A DNA stretch of 61,302 nucleotides, filler included, from Sphacelaria rigidula (taxonomy: Eukaryota), in the NCBI GenBank assembly GCA_964200075.2. It is 7 parts of 7 records of this genome, joined end to end, with 100 filler letters (N's around TTAATTAATTAA, not from the genome) between each part and the next. Parts side by side here need not be neighbours in the genome. Positions count along the whole stretch, not along the records: positions 43,861 to 52,531 come from CAXNAA020010432.1; positions 52,632 to 61,302 come from CAXNAA020010433.1; 5 more parts are not named here. One strand, written 5' to 3'. Positions 50,733 to 61,302 of this stretch are shown here, piece after piece. Each line of letters starts with the position of its first letter. Position 1 is the stretch's first letter. The translations under genes and the position numbers were made by a program. The notes beneath the pieces are model-generated. The model saw only the letters and a program-made list of their open reading frames with translations. It was not told where the DNA came from and did not search any database.

Positions 50733-51420
50733 GTTCTTGAGCTGTTGTGTGGGACCAGGGCACGTCGCAACGTTGTCCGGACCTCAAAAGTCAGTCAGAC
50801 CCGCGATCGAACCACGGTGACTACGAACTGGGACCGGCGTCTGGACCTACTCATGAAATGTTCCAGAAAAAAAGCCCAAAGGCTATGGCATTCTTATTTA
50901 GGCCGCTCCATATAGCTAGCAAAAAAAAAATCCTCTAAAAGTTCTGTCTTGTTCCTTTTTCGTCGTTTTGCGGCCTAAAAGAGAGCTAGGCAGAGTGTGG
51001 CACCTTCGAATGTCTTGTTCTGTTAATTGAGGTGGTTCCAGGAAATCTTCGCGTTTCGCGGTTTCCGGTTGTCGCAGTTTTTTTCCGGCGTTGGACTGTA
51101 AATATTCATGGTTGACATTACTTGATTTGAGTGTGAAGAACGGAAATTGGATTTTTAGGGGGGCTGGCAGTATGGTAGTACCGCGCGGGTGCAAAGGGGA
51201 CGGCGTTCTAGAATGCCATACCCTATGCGCTGGTGCGAGGCTTGCGCGCTTGTGCGACTACTGTGCTTGTGCGAAGCGCTGTCGTATCATTACATTTCAT
51301 TCTACTCGTATGCTTCAGACCTGTGGGCACAGCAGTCTGAGATTTATCAAGTAACTTGTACAGTATCATTTTTTGTCATATTCCAGTAGAAGCGGACCTT
51401 ACTGCTGCTTGTCTCAACAG

Positions 51421-51615
51421 GTCAGCCTGAACAACTACCCAACCCACTCATCATTGAGCAGATCCTCGAAAACCAACAGCATCACACCCTACCGAACGCG
51501 ATAGCAGTAGTGGTAACCCAGACATATGTCTACATGTAGCGGACTACGATCGAAACTGTTCGGCGGGCGAGGGATCATGGGGAAAGGCATGCTGGGGCGC
51601 GGGGAGGGCGAGAAG
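51421..51615 (+). CDS. Possible early exon of an unidentified gene divergent from CPSF30
   Basis: CAACAG acceptor at 51420, ATG at 51526 (MSTCSGLRSKLFGGRGIMGKGMLGRGEGEK), and a strong AAG/GTGAGT donor. No recognisable homology. Confidence 0.25.
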
Positions 51616-53125
51616 GTGAGTTGTGACATTGCTGAGCACGCTGCTCATTTCGTCCTTTCCGTTTGTTTCGATTGGGATGGTACTCTGCTATTACGTGTGC
51701 GTGTTGTTGCGCATCGGCATGCTCTGGTCTATGCACCGGAAGTCGTGCACGCGATAGTATGGGATTATTTGACTGCGACAGTCAGTTTGACTCTCACGCA
51801 AAGCAACATGCGAACGTTCTGTAATAAGTAATACCAGGTAAGAGTTAATGGCGCAGTGACAGACGACTGCTGTGCTGTGCCCAAACTGGTGGTGGGCATG
51901 GACTTTACCCCAGACCATCTGCGCAGACTACATACAAACACCGTTGGTGCAGTGTGAGTGAACTGTGTATCTGCTGCTGTGAGGCAGCCTGGCTCGCAAG
52001 TTAAAGGCAGCGGCGGGCGGGGGACCAACTGCTCAGCTACGGGAGCAACATGCACACTAGCAAAACGTAACACGGGATCTTACGGACTTTTCTTTTCGAG
52101 GATGAAACTTGGGAACCACGATTTAAATACTTGCACGGTATCCGGCCGTGATGTGTGGCCTCGCTCGTCCTCGAAAAATATAAAGTAACACCCGCAATTT
52201 GTAAAATCCCGTGTTGCAGGGAGATTCTGATAGATAACAACATTTTTTTCTTGTACGGGAACGAACGGAGGTCGAGTTCACTCGGTATGAGGCCCCTTCT
52301 CATGGTACCCGAAAAAACAAAAAAACAATCTGGAAAAGTGCATTCTTAGAGCTTTTACGTAGTTTCAACCCTTACAATCGACGAGAGCTAGGCGGAGTTT
52401 GACACCCTGGAATGCCTTACTGTACTCGTTGAGACGTTCCCAGCACACCTGTGCGCTTTCCCGGTCGCGTGTGTGTGTTACCCCGTCTATTCTGGACGGC
52501 AGTGTACACCTTTCGGTATATGGGGCGCATCNNNNNNNNNNNNNNNNNNNNNNNNNNNNNNNNNNNNNNNNNNNNTTAATTAATTAANNNNNNNNNNNNN
52601 NNNNNNNNNNNNNNNNNNNNNNNNNNNNNNNCTACGCCACGCAAGTGACATGGAAGCCTTTTTTGCTACGTACGTATAGCGATTTGTTTTTCTTCCAGGA
52701 ATTGAGGAGCTTGGGCTTGGTCACCTCGATCGCCCATGCTCTCACTCTCTTCCATCACTTCCAGTTCCTGCTTTCTGAAGGAACTGTGCATTCTGTTTTG
52801 TCTTGGCCGGATGAAGAGCCCAACAACCATCTCTTTCAACTGATTTCATCTGTGCTGCGGAAGTAAGTGATCTGGCGATCACTGGTGCATCCTCTGCATC
52901 TACCACTATTCGCTGAATAGGGGGTTGGCCTGTCTTGACGACAGTGCCGCTCATACGAGCTATTCCAACAGGTTTTGAGTAATCGATTCGCTACTACACC
53001 AGTCGGCACCAGCTAGGGGACTTCACATCAAGGTCGTCACCGCAGCACAAGTGAGCAGAGTGCAGTCTTCAGAATATTTTCTGGCACAGGTTTTGCTGTG
53101 ATCAACTGTCACACGTTGCAAGAAG

Positions 53126-56100
53126 ATGAATAAGCAACGAGAGTTATCGATCGCCCAGCTGATCAAAAGAATTAGCAAGTTCGACGGAAAGAAATTTTTC
53201 CAATAGAGGCGCAGTACACGAGCCCTGATCTCCCTCACGCATCCAGGGATTTCAGATATAATAAATGAGGGAAAACGCCCCGTGGAAATTATGATGATGT
53301 GGATCAAGTTCAAGATGTTCAATCAACTACAATTTCACGACCCACGTCAAGATCAAGTCGACCTCGCATCCGCTCCCGAGGACCTCCACTACGTTGATCT
53401 GAAAGGGAAGCGGAAACAAGTGTTCAAGTTCAGGATCCTGCTGTTGGAGAGCCGGATCCTGTCTGTGGTGAAGCGGATCCTACCGGTGGTGAGGAGGGTC
53501 CTCCTGATGACGACGAGGATTCCTCCCGTCACCTTACTCATGTAAGAAATGTGGTAAATGTTGAAAAGGTTTATACTGGGACCGCTGTAACGAACAGTTG
53601 TTCAATATTTTATATTTGACAACTACAGGCCCAGCTAGTAGTTACCTCCTCCGGTACGAGCCGAAGGGTCTGAAAAAACCTAAAGGCAAAATCGAATGGG
53701 AAGCTCTGGTCGCAAAGTACGAGAATTATTCCAAGCAGAGGCGGCTCATTCTGATTCGCCAGCTAGATAACACCAAAATGTCTCCTGGACAAGACCCAGA
53801 CGAGTTTTTGACCAAGATTTTTGGGTTTCGCGATCAGCTTGTCTACATGGGTGAACCTATCTCCGATGAAAGACTGACGGCCATCGTGGTTGAGGGCCTG
53901 ACTGATGATCACGACCGCGTCAAATATGATGCTGAGCGTGATCCCGACCTCAGCATCTCTGATATTAAAGTCAAGCTGCGGAGCATGTATGCATATCGAC
54001 TTGCACGCGGAATTTTGGAAAACAAGGGGTTACGTGGTCGTGAATCAGCCATGGTCGCGGCCTTGCCGCCTGACTCATCATTGACATCATCAAGGTTCAA
54101 AGTAAAATGTTACTCGTGTGGAAAATTAGGCCACCATATGAGAGACTGCCGATCCAGAATACAGCCAGACAGCAGGAGCAGATCGGTTAAGTGGTGCAGC
54201 CTTCATCGTACCGATAAACACGATAACGTAGAGGGCAATAACCAAATAAACAATGGAAATACGGCCAGGAGTCACAGTCATCATGGTAGAAACAACGATC
54301 GTCGTCAACGAAACACCCGCTACAACAACAGCCGCAGCAGCAGCAACTACAACTCTGGCTGCAATGCGACCAACATCACCAATCAACAGAACCAGGCAAA
54401 TACTGTCACTGTGAACCCTACGACAACCGACACGTCGACTACTGTACCCTACAATCACCAGGCTCAAGAAATCAGCGGTACATCAGCTTCGACAGTGACT
54501 GACGCGTGCCCGTCACCAGGTGGTTTGGGTTTTTCGTTTTTTGGGTCCTGATCGCAAGGATAAAATTAGGGAGCCTGTGTCTATGTATTTTAAGATGGCG
54601 TGTGATTCAGGAGCCACATTTCACTACCTGGATAACGAGCTCCTACCAGGGCGCGAACACGATATGATTAGCTACGTTAAGCTGGATCCCCCAATGCGGA
54701 TCCTCACTGCAGGAGGCCATCTAATTTGCGGAACCGGGAAAGGAGTGCTTCTGTCCATCGTAAAAGATCAGCAGGAAAATGAGCATTCCGTCCGGCTCCC
54801 AGCCATCATCGTTCCGGGGTTGGGAAAGCATCTCTCTTCTCCTGTTTATGCATTACGAACAAAGAGGGTCGGAACAACTTTTGGTGTCAATTCTTATGTT
54901 GATCTTGAACAATTTAGAGTGCCACTTCGCCCTGACGACAACAGCTTTCTCCACTACATTGACATGAAGATCATCCGGGATTGCAAACCCGTCGACTCAA
55001 GAACCGGGTCAGCACTAGCGGCTGAAGTGGTGTCAGGAGAACAGATGGGCATGGGGACAGCTTTAACTTCTATGACAATCGCGGGAAATGCTTCAGCTCT
55101 TTCTACTACTGTGACTGCAGGAGTTTGGCATCGGAGACTGGGCCATCCCGCGGAGCGAGCGATGCAGTGACAGAACGTCTGCAACTGGTAACTACCGACC
55201 TCTCGGGTCCCATCACACCAACTGCAGTAGGTGGTCACAAGTACATGGCGAAATTTACCGACCAATACAGTCGACGAAAAGTTGTATACTTCATCGAGGC
55301 ACAAAGTGAGGCGCTCTCTACACTCATCAAGTACATCCAAGACGTGGCGATTCCCTTAGGACTTAGGGTACACCGCTGACGGTCAGATCGTGGGGGTAAA
55401 TACATTGCAGACTACGTTCGTCGGTATTGCAAGACGACAGGCATTCTCCAGGAATTCACTGCACCACATTCACCTCAGCGAATGGCATGAATGAAAGGGA
55501 CGGAAGAACAATTTTGGATATTACTCGTTGCCTTCTGTACGAGGCGGGAGTACCCAAATTTCTTTGGGCGGAAATAGCTGCCACTTCAGTATTTTGAATG
55601 AATCGTCAACCACATCGGAGCATCAACGGAGAAACACGGTACTACAGGATGTTTGGTAAACAGGCGAATCTTACATTCCTACGCATCATAGGATCCCGAG
55701 CGTTCGTGCACAAGGAAGGGCACATTAACAACCTGGAGGATAAAGCTTGGGAAGGAGTACTGATTGGATATGATAATGATAGTCCTAATAATGATTGGAA
55801 TACGATAGGTATTCCGGAAAAATGTACAGTTCCAGAAATGTACCTTCATCGATCAAGCGGTCGGAGCAACAAACCTGCGGCAGGGCTCAACTGCAACTGC
55901 TTGGGGGGAAAATATTAATACGCAGCAACTTCAACAGGATGAACAAGACAAAGACCAATTTCATCATGATCAAGACTACCGGCAACAAGACAACATGGAT
56001 TTCAACAACAACGGTTTTGATGGCATTCACAGCTGGACCGCGGCCACCGCTCAATCACATCTACTCATCCTATGCGACTCCGCTCCGCCGAAACTGCGGC

Positions 56101-57843
56101 CTGCACTACTTCATTTCCTACCAACAAACGTCAATTCCGAGAGCTCCGATAACTAGCTTTGGCGATCGAAGCTCCGCGGAATTTATCCATGACATTGGAA
56201 TCAGCTTTACACTATATTGGAACGATCGGGATCGAAAGTGTCGTGCCCCCTGCATCAATTTCTGTCCCGAATAATTTCAAACAGACCTCTTCCTCACCAT
56301 ATGCCTCAAAGTGGAGAGCAGCCATGCTCGATGAACTCCGCAGTATCAAAGACCATCGCGTGGTTGACATTGTTCCAGCTGGAGCAGTTCCACCAAACAA
56401 CATAATTGGCACGCGATGGGTATACAAAGTCAAGGAGGATGAACGACTCAAGGCAAGACTCGTTGTTCAAGGCTGGGCACAACGACATGGCTTCGATTGC
56501 AGCAGTACTTTTGCACCAGTCTGCCGACTCGAAAGTCAGCGAATTCTTCTCGCGATTGCCACTGCGAAAAACTGACCAGTAATTGCGCTCGGTGTCCAGA
56601 CAGCCTTTCTAAATGGAAAACGGAAGGAAACAGTATTTTGCAAACAGCCACCGGGCTTCCAGACTACGGACCCTGCTACCGGATAACCTCATGTAATGCG
56701 CCTTTCTAGAGCGCTTTACGGTCTCAAGCAATCTCCTAACGTCTGGAACTTCACCATCGACTCTGAATTGAGGAAACTGGGATTTACTGCGACAGCGAGC
56801 GACCCCTGCGTCTACACTAGAGAACAGAATGACAGGTATGTCATGCTCACGTTATTCGTCGATGACATTCTCGTGACCGGACCTTCTATCAAGCTTCTAC
56901 AAGATGTTCAAGACACGCTCAAGAAGAAATTTGCTTTTTCGGAACTGGGACCCGCTTCCCTCATCCTGGGTATGGAAATCACGACAGATACAGAGCGTGG
57001 AACGTTGAAACTGTCACATCATAAATACGCCATCTTCTTACTTCAAAAGTTCAATATGGAATCCTGCAACTCGGTACACACGCCTGCGGTCACCAATAGT
57101 ATTCTACCGGACTCGGAGGGACATGTTCTAGATCAGCAAGGTATAGAGCGGTATCGGGCTATGGTGGGTAGTTTGATTTTCTTGTCTGTACGACATTCGA
57201 CATCGCCTTCAGCGTCACCCAGGTCGCCCGTACATGAGTAAGCCTACAACACAACACTCAGCGGCTGTGAAACGCATTTTCCGCTATCTAAAAGGAACTC
57301 CGGACCTGCCCATCGTCTACCGCTCTTCCGGGAGCAATTCGGAACTGCGAGGCTTTTGCGACAGCTCCTACGGCAACAGTGGCACTGAAGGAAGAACAAA
57401 ATATATGCAACTGGATCGATGTTTTTCTATCCAACGGACTCGTGCATTTTTCTTCAAGCCTACAACGGATTACAGCTACTTCTACTACACAGACCGAACT
57501 CATAGCCCTGGCGAGAGGAGGAAAGTTCGGTACCTACCCTTTTAATCTTCTGCGAGAGCTCGGGTGGTCGTCTATTCGGCCTTCAATCATCTTCTCCGAT
57601 TCCCAGGGAGCTCTCCATCTTTTTTCAAATGCGAACTACCGAAACGAAAGTAAACATCTCGCGATTCGTTTTTTCAGCTTGAAGGACCTCATCACCAACG
57701 GCCAGATCACCATCAATTACATCAGAACCACCGCGCAACTGGCCGATATACTCACCAAACATTGCGCAAGGACAACCCACCACCAATGCAGTAATGAATT
57801 TTGGAAAGTAATACGTACTTACGGAAGCGACTGCTGTACGTGA
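53126..57843 (+). pseudogene. Copia gag-pol with stops, frameshifts and an apparent deletion between the pre-integrase HH motif and the integrase core
   Basis: ATG at 53126 (MNKQRELSIAQLIKRISKFDGKKFFQ*). ORF fragments at 53598-54551, 54520-55170, 55125-55379, 56159-56575, 56696-57241 and 57379-57843. Confidence 0.9.
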
Positions 57844-58005
57844 TCGTTAAGAGTGACGTATCAACTTCCATATGTCCTTCTCGTGAAGGAGCCAAAGCCG
57901 GGCGACCCATCGCCCCCACCACATCACAACTCACCCTCCACCCTCCAACAAATACATCACTCCATACCCATCTACAGACCTACCCTTCACAACCCACTAC
58001 CAAGC

Positions 58006-58653
58006 ATGAGTGGAAACCGTAACGCCCGCAACACACGCAACGCCCGCATCAACAACAACACTGGTGACTCCCGTACAGGCGCAAACCGTAACTCGCGCAG
58101 GAACGCACGCCATAGTAACACACAATCCACCGGCGTTACTCCTCGCGCCAGAGCGGGCCTCGGAAATACACTCGTACAACAACCTTCCGGTGTTACTCCA
58201 CGCGCTAGAGACCGCCTCGGAAACCAACCAGTTCAACCACCATTCATCGTACAATGAACCACTATCGACTGGAGTTGCCGAAGGAGATACCTACAGCACG
58301 TCGGGGTACCAGGACAAAGCTGGACGGCGAGGAGGAGAATGGCCGCAGATCTAAGACGCTTTGGCCTTTTCGATGAAAGTGAATATCGTACCATATTTTA
58401 TTTTTTACGTTCTCTCAGGCAGCTCTATTATACAGCAGACATTTGTTTTTTCTTGGATCTAAGAGTACTAAATCTAAATACTTTGGGAAAGGGTTGGATT
58501 AATGAGATACCGGATGATTTTGATGTTCTCCTTACGACGAGGGTTCATGACCTACTGATCTTTCGATTGGCTAAGGTAGCGCTGCCGTCACTATCAGTAC
58601 CTACGAGACTCTCCAAATACGGGAGAGCCTTAGATGTATCGATTGAATTTTGA
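58006..58653 (+). pseudogene. Extra ORF inside the Copia element (~215 codons, one internal TGA), unknown function
   Basis: The frame runs from ATG 58006 to TGA 58651-58653, interrupted only by TGA 58255-58257. It lies between RNase H and the PPT. Confidence 0.55.
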
Positions 58654-60510
58654 ATTACACATGCGTTTATTTTCAAGCTCGGCTAACAAACGAGTACTGT
58701 AGTTGGATGGGTCAGGAGTTGCCTCATGTGAATTTCATGTTCTTTCTTGTGTACAGGAAGGTACCTCGTTCATGAACACTGGTAGCATCAGTGCCATATG
58801 TACTTTGACATGTGTACAGTATTTTTTAGGGTGCGGAATTGATTCTTCTATGCAAGGTATCAATTCGAAGAATGATCTTTGTGGAACGCAAGTTTCCATG
58901 TTTGTTGAATCTGTGCGAAGTATATCTGGTGGCTTTCACCTTACCGTATGTGTTTCTTCATACCAGCGGATTAATTCTTCCGCACTGACTCTTTTTCTTC
59001 CTATTTTTTGTGTGTCTCTACGATTACGCCGACACGTATCACAAGAGATCCTTTTTTTAGGTTACTGCCGGCTCCAAAAGCTGATACCTGTGCAGTGAAC
59101 AAACATGTCTATGTTTCGAGATGAAATGAAATGTGTAGCGAGTTTTATACTGGCGTCTGTTGACGAAGTAACTATGCACTTTTGCATGCAGACTGATGCC
59201 TACACATCAGTAAGGTGTACCTTGTCGTTTCTCCTGCTGGTATACCTGACTTGAAGTTTGATTGAAAGTTGATTTTCCACGACGTTTAACTCATGAGGAG
59301 ATGTTGGAATTCTACGCAGCCTGTACCCTAGCTGCTTATTCTAGCTATGAATTCAAACTCTGTGGCAAATAGCGGCGTAATTGGTTACGGTTCATCCCGC
59401 TCACGCCAAACGGCGTATTTACAATTTCTCGCCGTTACAACAGTAGTAGATAGTATCTTGTTGCCACGTAAGGTTTCAAAAATGACAGTGTGCTGCCAAC
59501 GATTGTTATACAGTAGTATGCTGTGGAAGTAGGTAGGTAGCATAGCTTGCAGTATATCCTGTTGTGTGTGAGCTGGCGCTACGCCACGCAAGTGACATGG
59601 AAGCCTTTTTTGCTACGTACGTATAGCGATTTGTTTTTCTTCCAGGAATTGAGGAGCTTGGGCTTGGTCACCTCGATCGCCCATGCTCTCACTCTCTTCC
59701 ATCACCTCCAGTTCCTGCTTTTTGAAGGAACTGTGCATTCTGTTTTGTCTTGGCCGGATGAAGAGCCCAACAACCATCTCTTTCAACTGATTTCATCTGT
59801 GCCGCGGAAGCAAGTAATCTGGCGATCACTGGTGCATCCTCTGCATCTACCACTATTCGCCGAATACGTGGTTGGCCTGTCTTGACGACAGTCATGGGTG
59901 GAACTGGAGGGCCTAACGACCAAACATCAGCGGGAAACTAAAAAAAAAAGGGCAAACGTCACAGTAAGGTATACCATGGTGCATTAGCGATAAACCTGGG
60001 TACCCTCTTTGGTTGGAGGAGAAATAAGAGCAGCTGATTGGCCAACGACCATTTCCACCCGGCGGCGGCGGTAGACGGCCACAGTGTACCCTGCTGTGAC
60101 TACTTTTCTCCCAATTGTACCCTTGTTTTTGGAAATTTTACCCCCATGTGACGGGAAATCAGTCTCTTCCATCGGCCACCATCGACGCAACAATCAACAC
60201 TCGCTTCCCGCTCCCAGCAAAGGGCCCCAAAATACAGATCCTACCGCTGCAAACAACCATGCAGCCCGTGCAGAACATCGTGACCACGGATCTTCCATCG
60301 GCCACTTTGGCCGCAGGAATCACTTTCCCCTCCCAGCAAAGGGCCCCAAGACACGGATCTTACCGTTGCGAACAACCGCGCCCCCCCGCTCAATGCCGTT
60401 GGCACGGATCTTCCACCCCCCTCTCAACACACCACATATCACATACTGCACCCGCTGCTTGCTGTACATAGCTTGCTGTACACAAACCCGTATGTAGTAA
60501 GGAGGAGGGA

Positions 60511-61078
60511 TGTCCACGGGGCATTTACGGTATAGCGTCGTGTCCTGCTGCGATAGTACTTCTACTGCTGTACACGCTGCTATGTAGAGTATCATTAAGG
60601 AGTGATGTGTGTAAAACCCTTCGTTATACGTGGCTGTATATTTTTCAGAGAGGTATATAGACTGCAGTGCTTGCTGTGACAACAGGAGGTCTCTTTTCAG
60701 TACTGTTCTCTCTATATGTTGGCCCGTTTGTTGAGGATTGTCCACGATGGGTAACCGCCGGAGGTTTCTGAGCCCTCGTCTCTCCGCAGACAGCGCCCGG
60801 GAGATCGACAGTGAAGTGTACATGAACACCGGAGTGAGGCGGGAGGCGAGGGAGTAGCCTTGCACCTCGCCTTGGAGAAAACGACAGTCCAGAAACCAGC
60901 AAAGCACATAGAATGTGATGATGGTATTGGGTGCAACACCCTTGACCTCGGAGCTACACATAGGACCCGAACTCCAAGAAGGCTTGCAGACATCGGCGTT
61001 GCCGACAACCCGAGGAATCTTTTTCGTGGCTAGAAGTTTCCTATGGACGGAATCAAGAGGTACGGTGGGTTTTGGACA
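60511..61078 (+). mobile_element. Possible 3' LTR of a second LTR retrotransposon
   Basis: The purine tract AAGGAGGAGGGA (60499-60510) is directly followed by TGTCCA, and a matching TGGACA is at 61073-61078. Confidence 0.4.
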
Positions 61079-61207
61079 GAACCATGAAGCATGTTGGGTT
61101 CGCAGGACTGGGACTGACATTAACAACGAATTATGCGAATCGAGGTTTAACTCCGAGATGAGGTTCAAGCCTAAGACAGTGCTTTCCCCACACTTTCAGC
61201 GATGGTG

Positions 61208-61302
61208 CCTGATGACGTTTTTGTCGGCCTCATGCCCCTCGATTGCGCAGATACTTCTTCAGCGCAATCGAGGGGCATTAGGCCGACAAAAACGTCATCA
61301 GG
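61208..61302. repeat. Near-perfect hairpin, 41-bp stem with one mismatch and 13-nt loop, running to the contig end
   Basis: CCTGATGACGTTTTTGTCGGCCTCATGCCCCTCGATTGCGC pairs with GCGCAATCGAGGGGCATTAGGCCGACAAAAACGTCATCAGG. Confidence 0.9.

Larger units (their letters stand above)
52632..59892 (+). mobile_element. Ty1/Copia LTR retrotransposon, decayed; 5' LTR <52632-52970 (cut by contig start), 3' LTR 59302-59892 (last ~25 bp missing)
   Basis: 52632-52944 is a direct repeat of 59579-59892. LTR termini are TGTTGGAAT (59302) and ATTCCAACA (52970), with a purine tract before 59302. Domain order is gag (CYSCGKLGHHMRDC), PR (DSGATFH), WHRRLGHP, IN (TDLSGP), RT (RWVYKVK, KARLVVQG, LYGLKQS, LFVDD), RH (FCDS, KHLAIR, ADILTK). 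Confidence 0.96.

Noticed and set aside
60320..61168. 282-aa minus-strand ORF
   Set aside because: It has no recognisable motifs and overlaps a probable LTR, so it is most likely a chance ORF.

Overview
This window is not one continuous locus. It is seven eukaryotic contigs of 8673, 8673, 8672, 8671, 8671, 8671 and 8671 bp, in non-increasing size order, joined by identical artificial 100-nt spacers (N44-TTAATTAATTAA-N44). Intron-rich genes with long repeat-filled introns, a ciliary gene and a bipartite plastid-type presequence suggest a photosynthetic stramenopile, most likely a brown alga (inference). Host genes rebuilt from phase-consistent splice sites are: the last four exons of a MATE/DTX transporter (contig 1); the last exon of an mTERF protein and the first two exons of a bacterial-type MoeB/ThiF adenylyltransferase (contig 2); internal exons of CC2D2A/MKS6 (contig 3); and a CPSF30-like CCCH protein with a GC-AG first intron (contig 6). 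Mobile DNA comprises a decayed Ty3/Gypsy element with a very long gag region (contig 5), a decayed Ty1/Copia element with an extra ~215-codon ORF between pol and the 3' LTR (contig 7), a decayed probable MULE-like transposase (contig 4), several MITE/foldback elements, a 2.1-kb TIR element with an 8- or 12-bp TSD, and recurrent ~0.5-kb and SINE-like repeats. The best novelty candidates are the Copia accessory ORF, the possibly plastid-targeted MoeB/ThiF, and unclassified repeat families. No prokaryote-style system (CRISPR array, operon) is supported. Protein identities come from recalled family motifs, not database searches.
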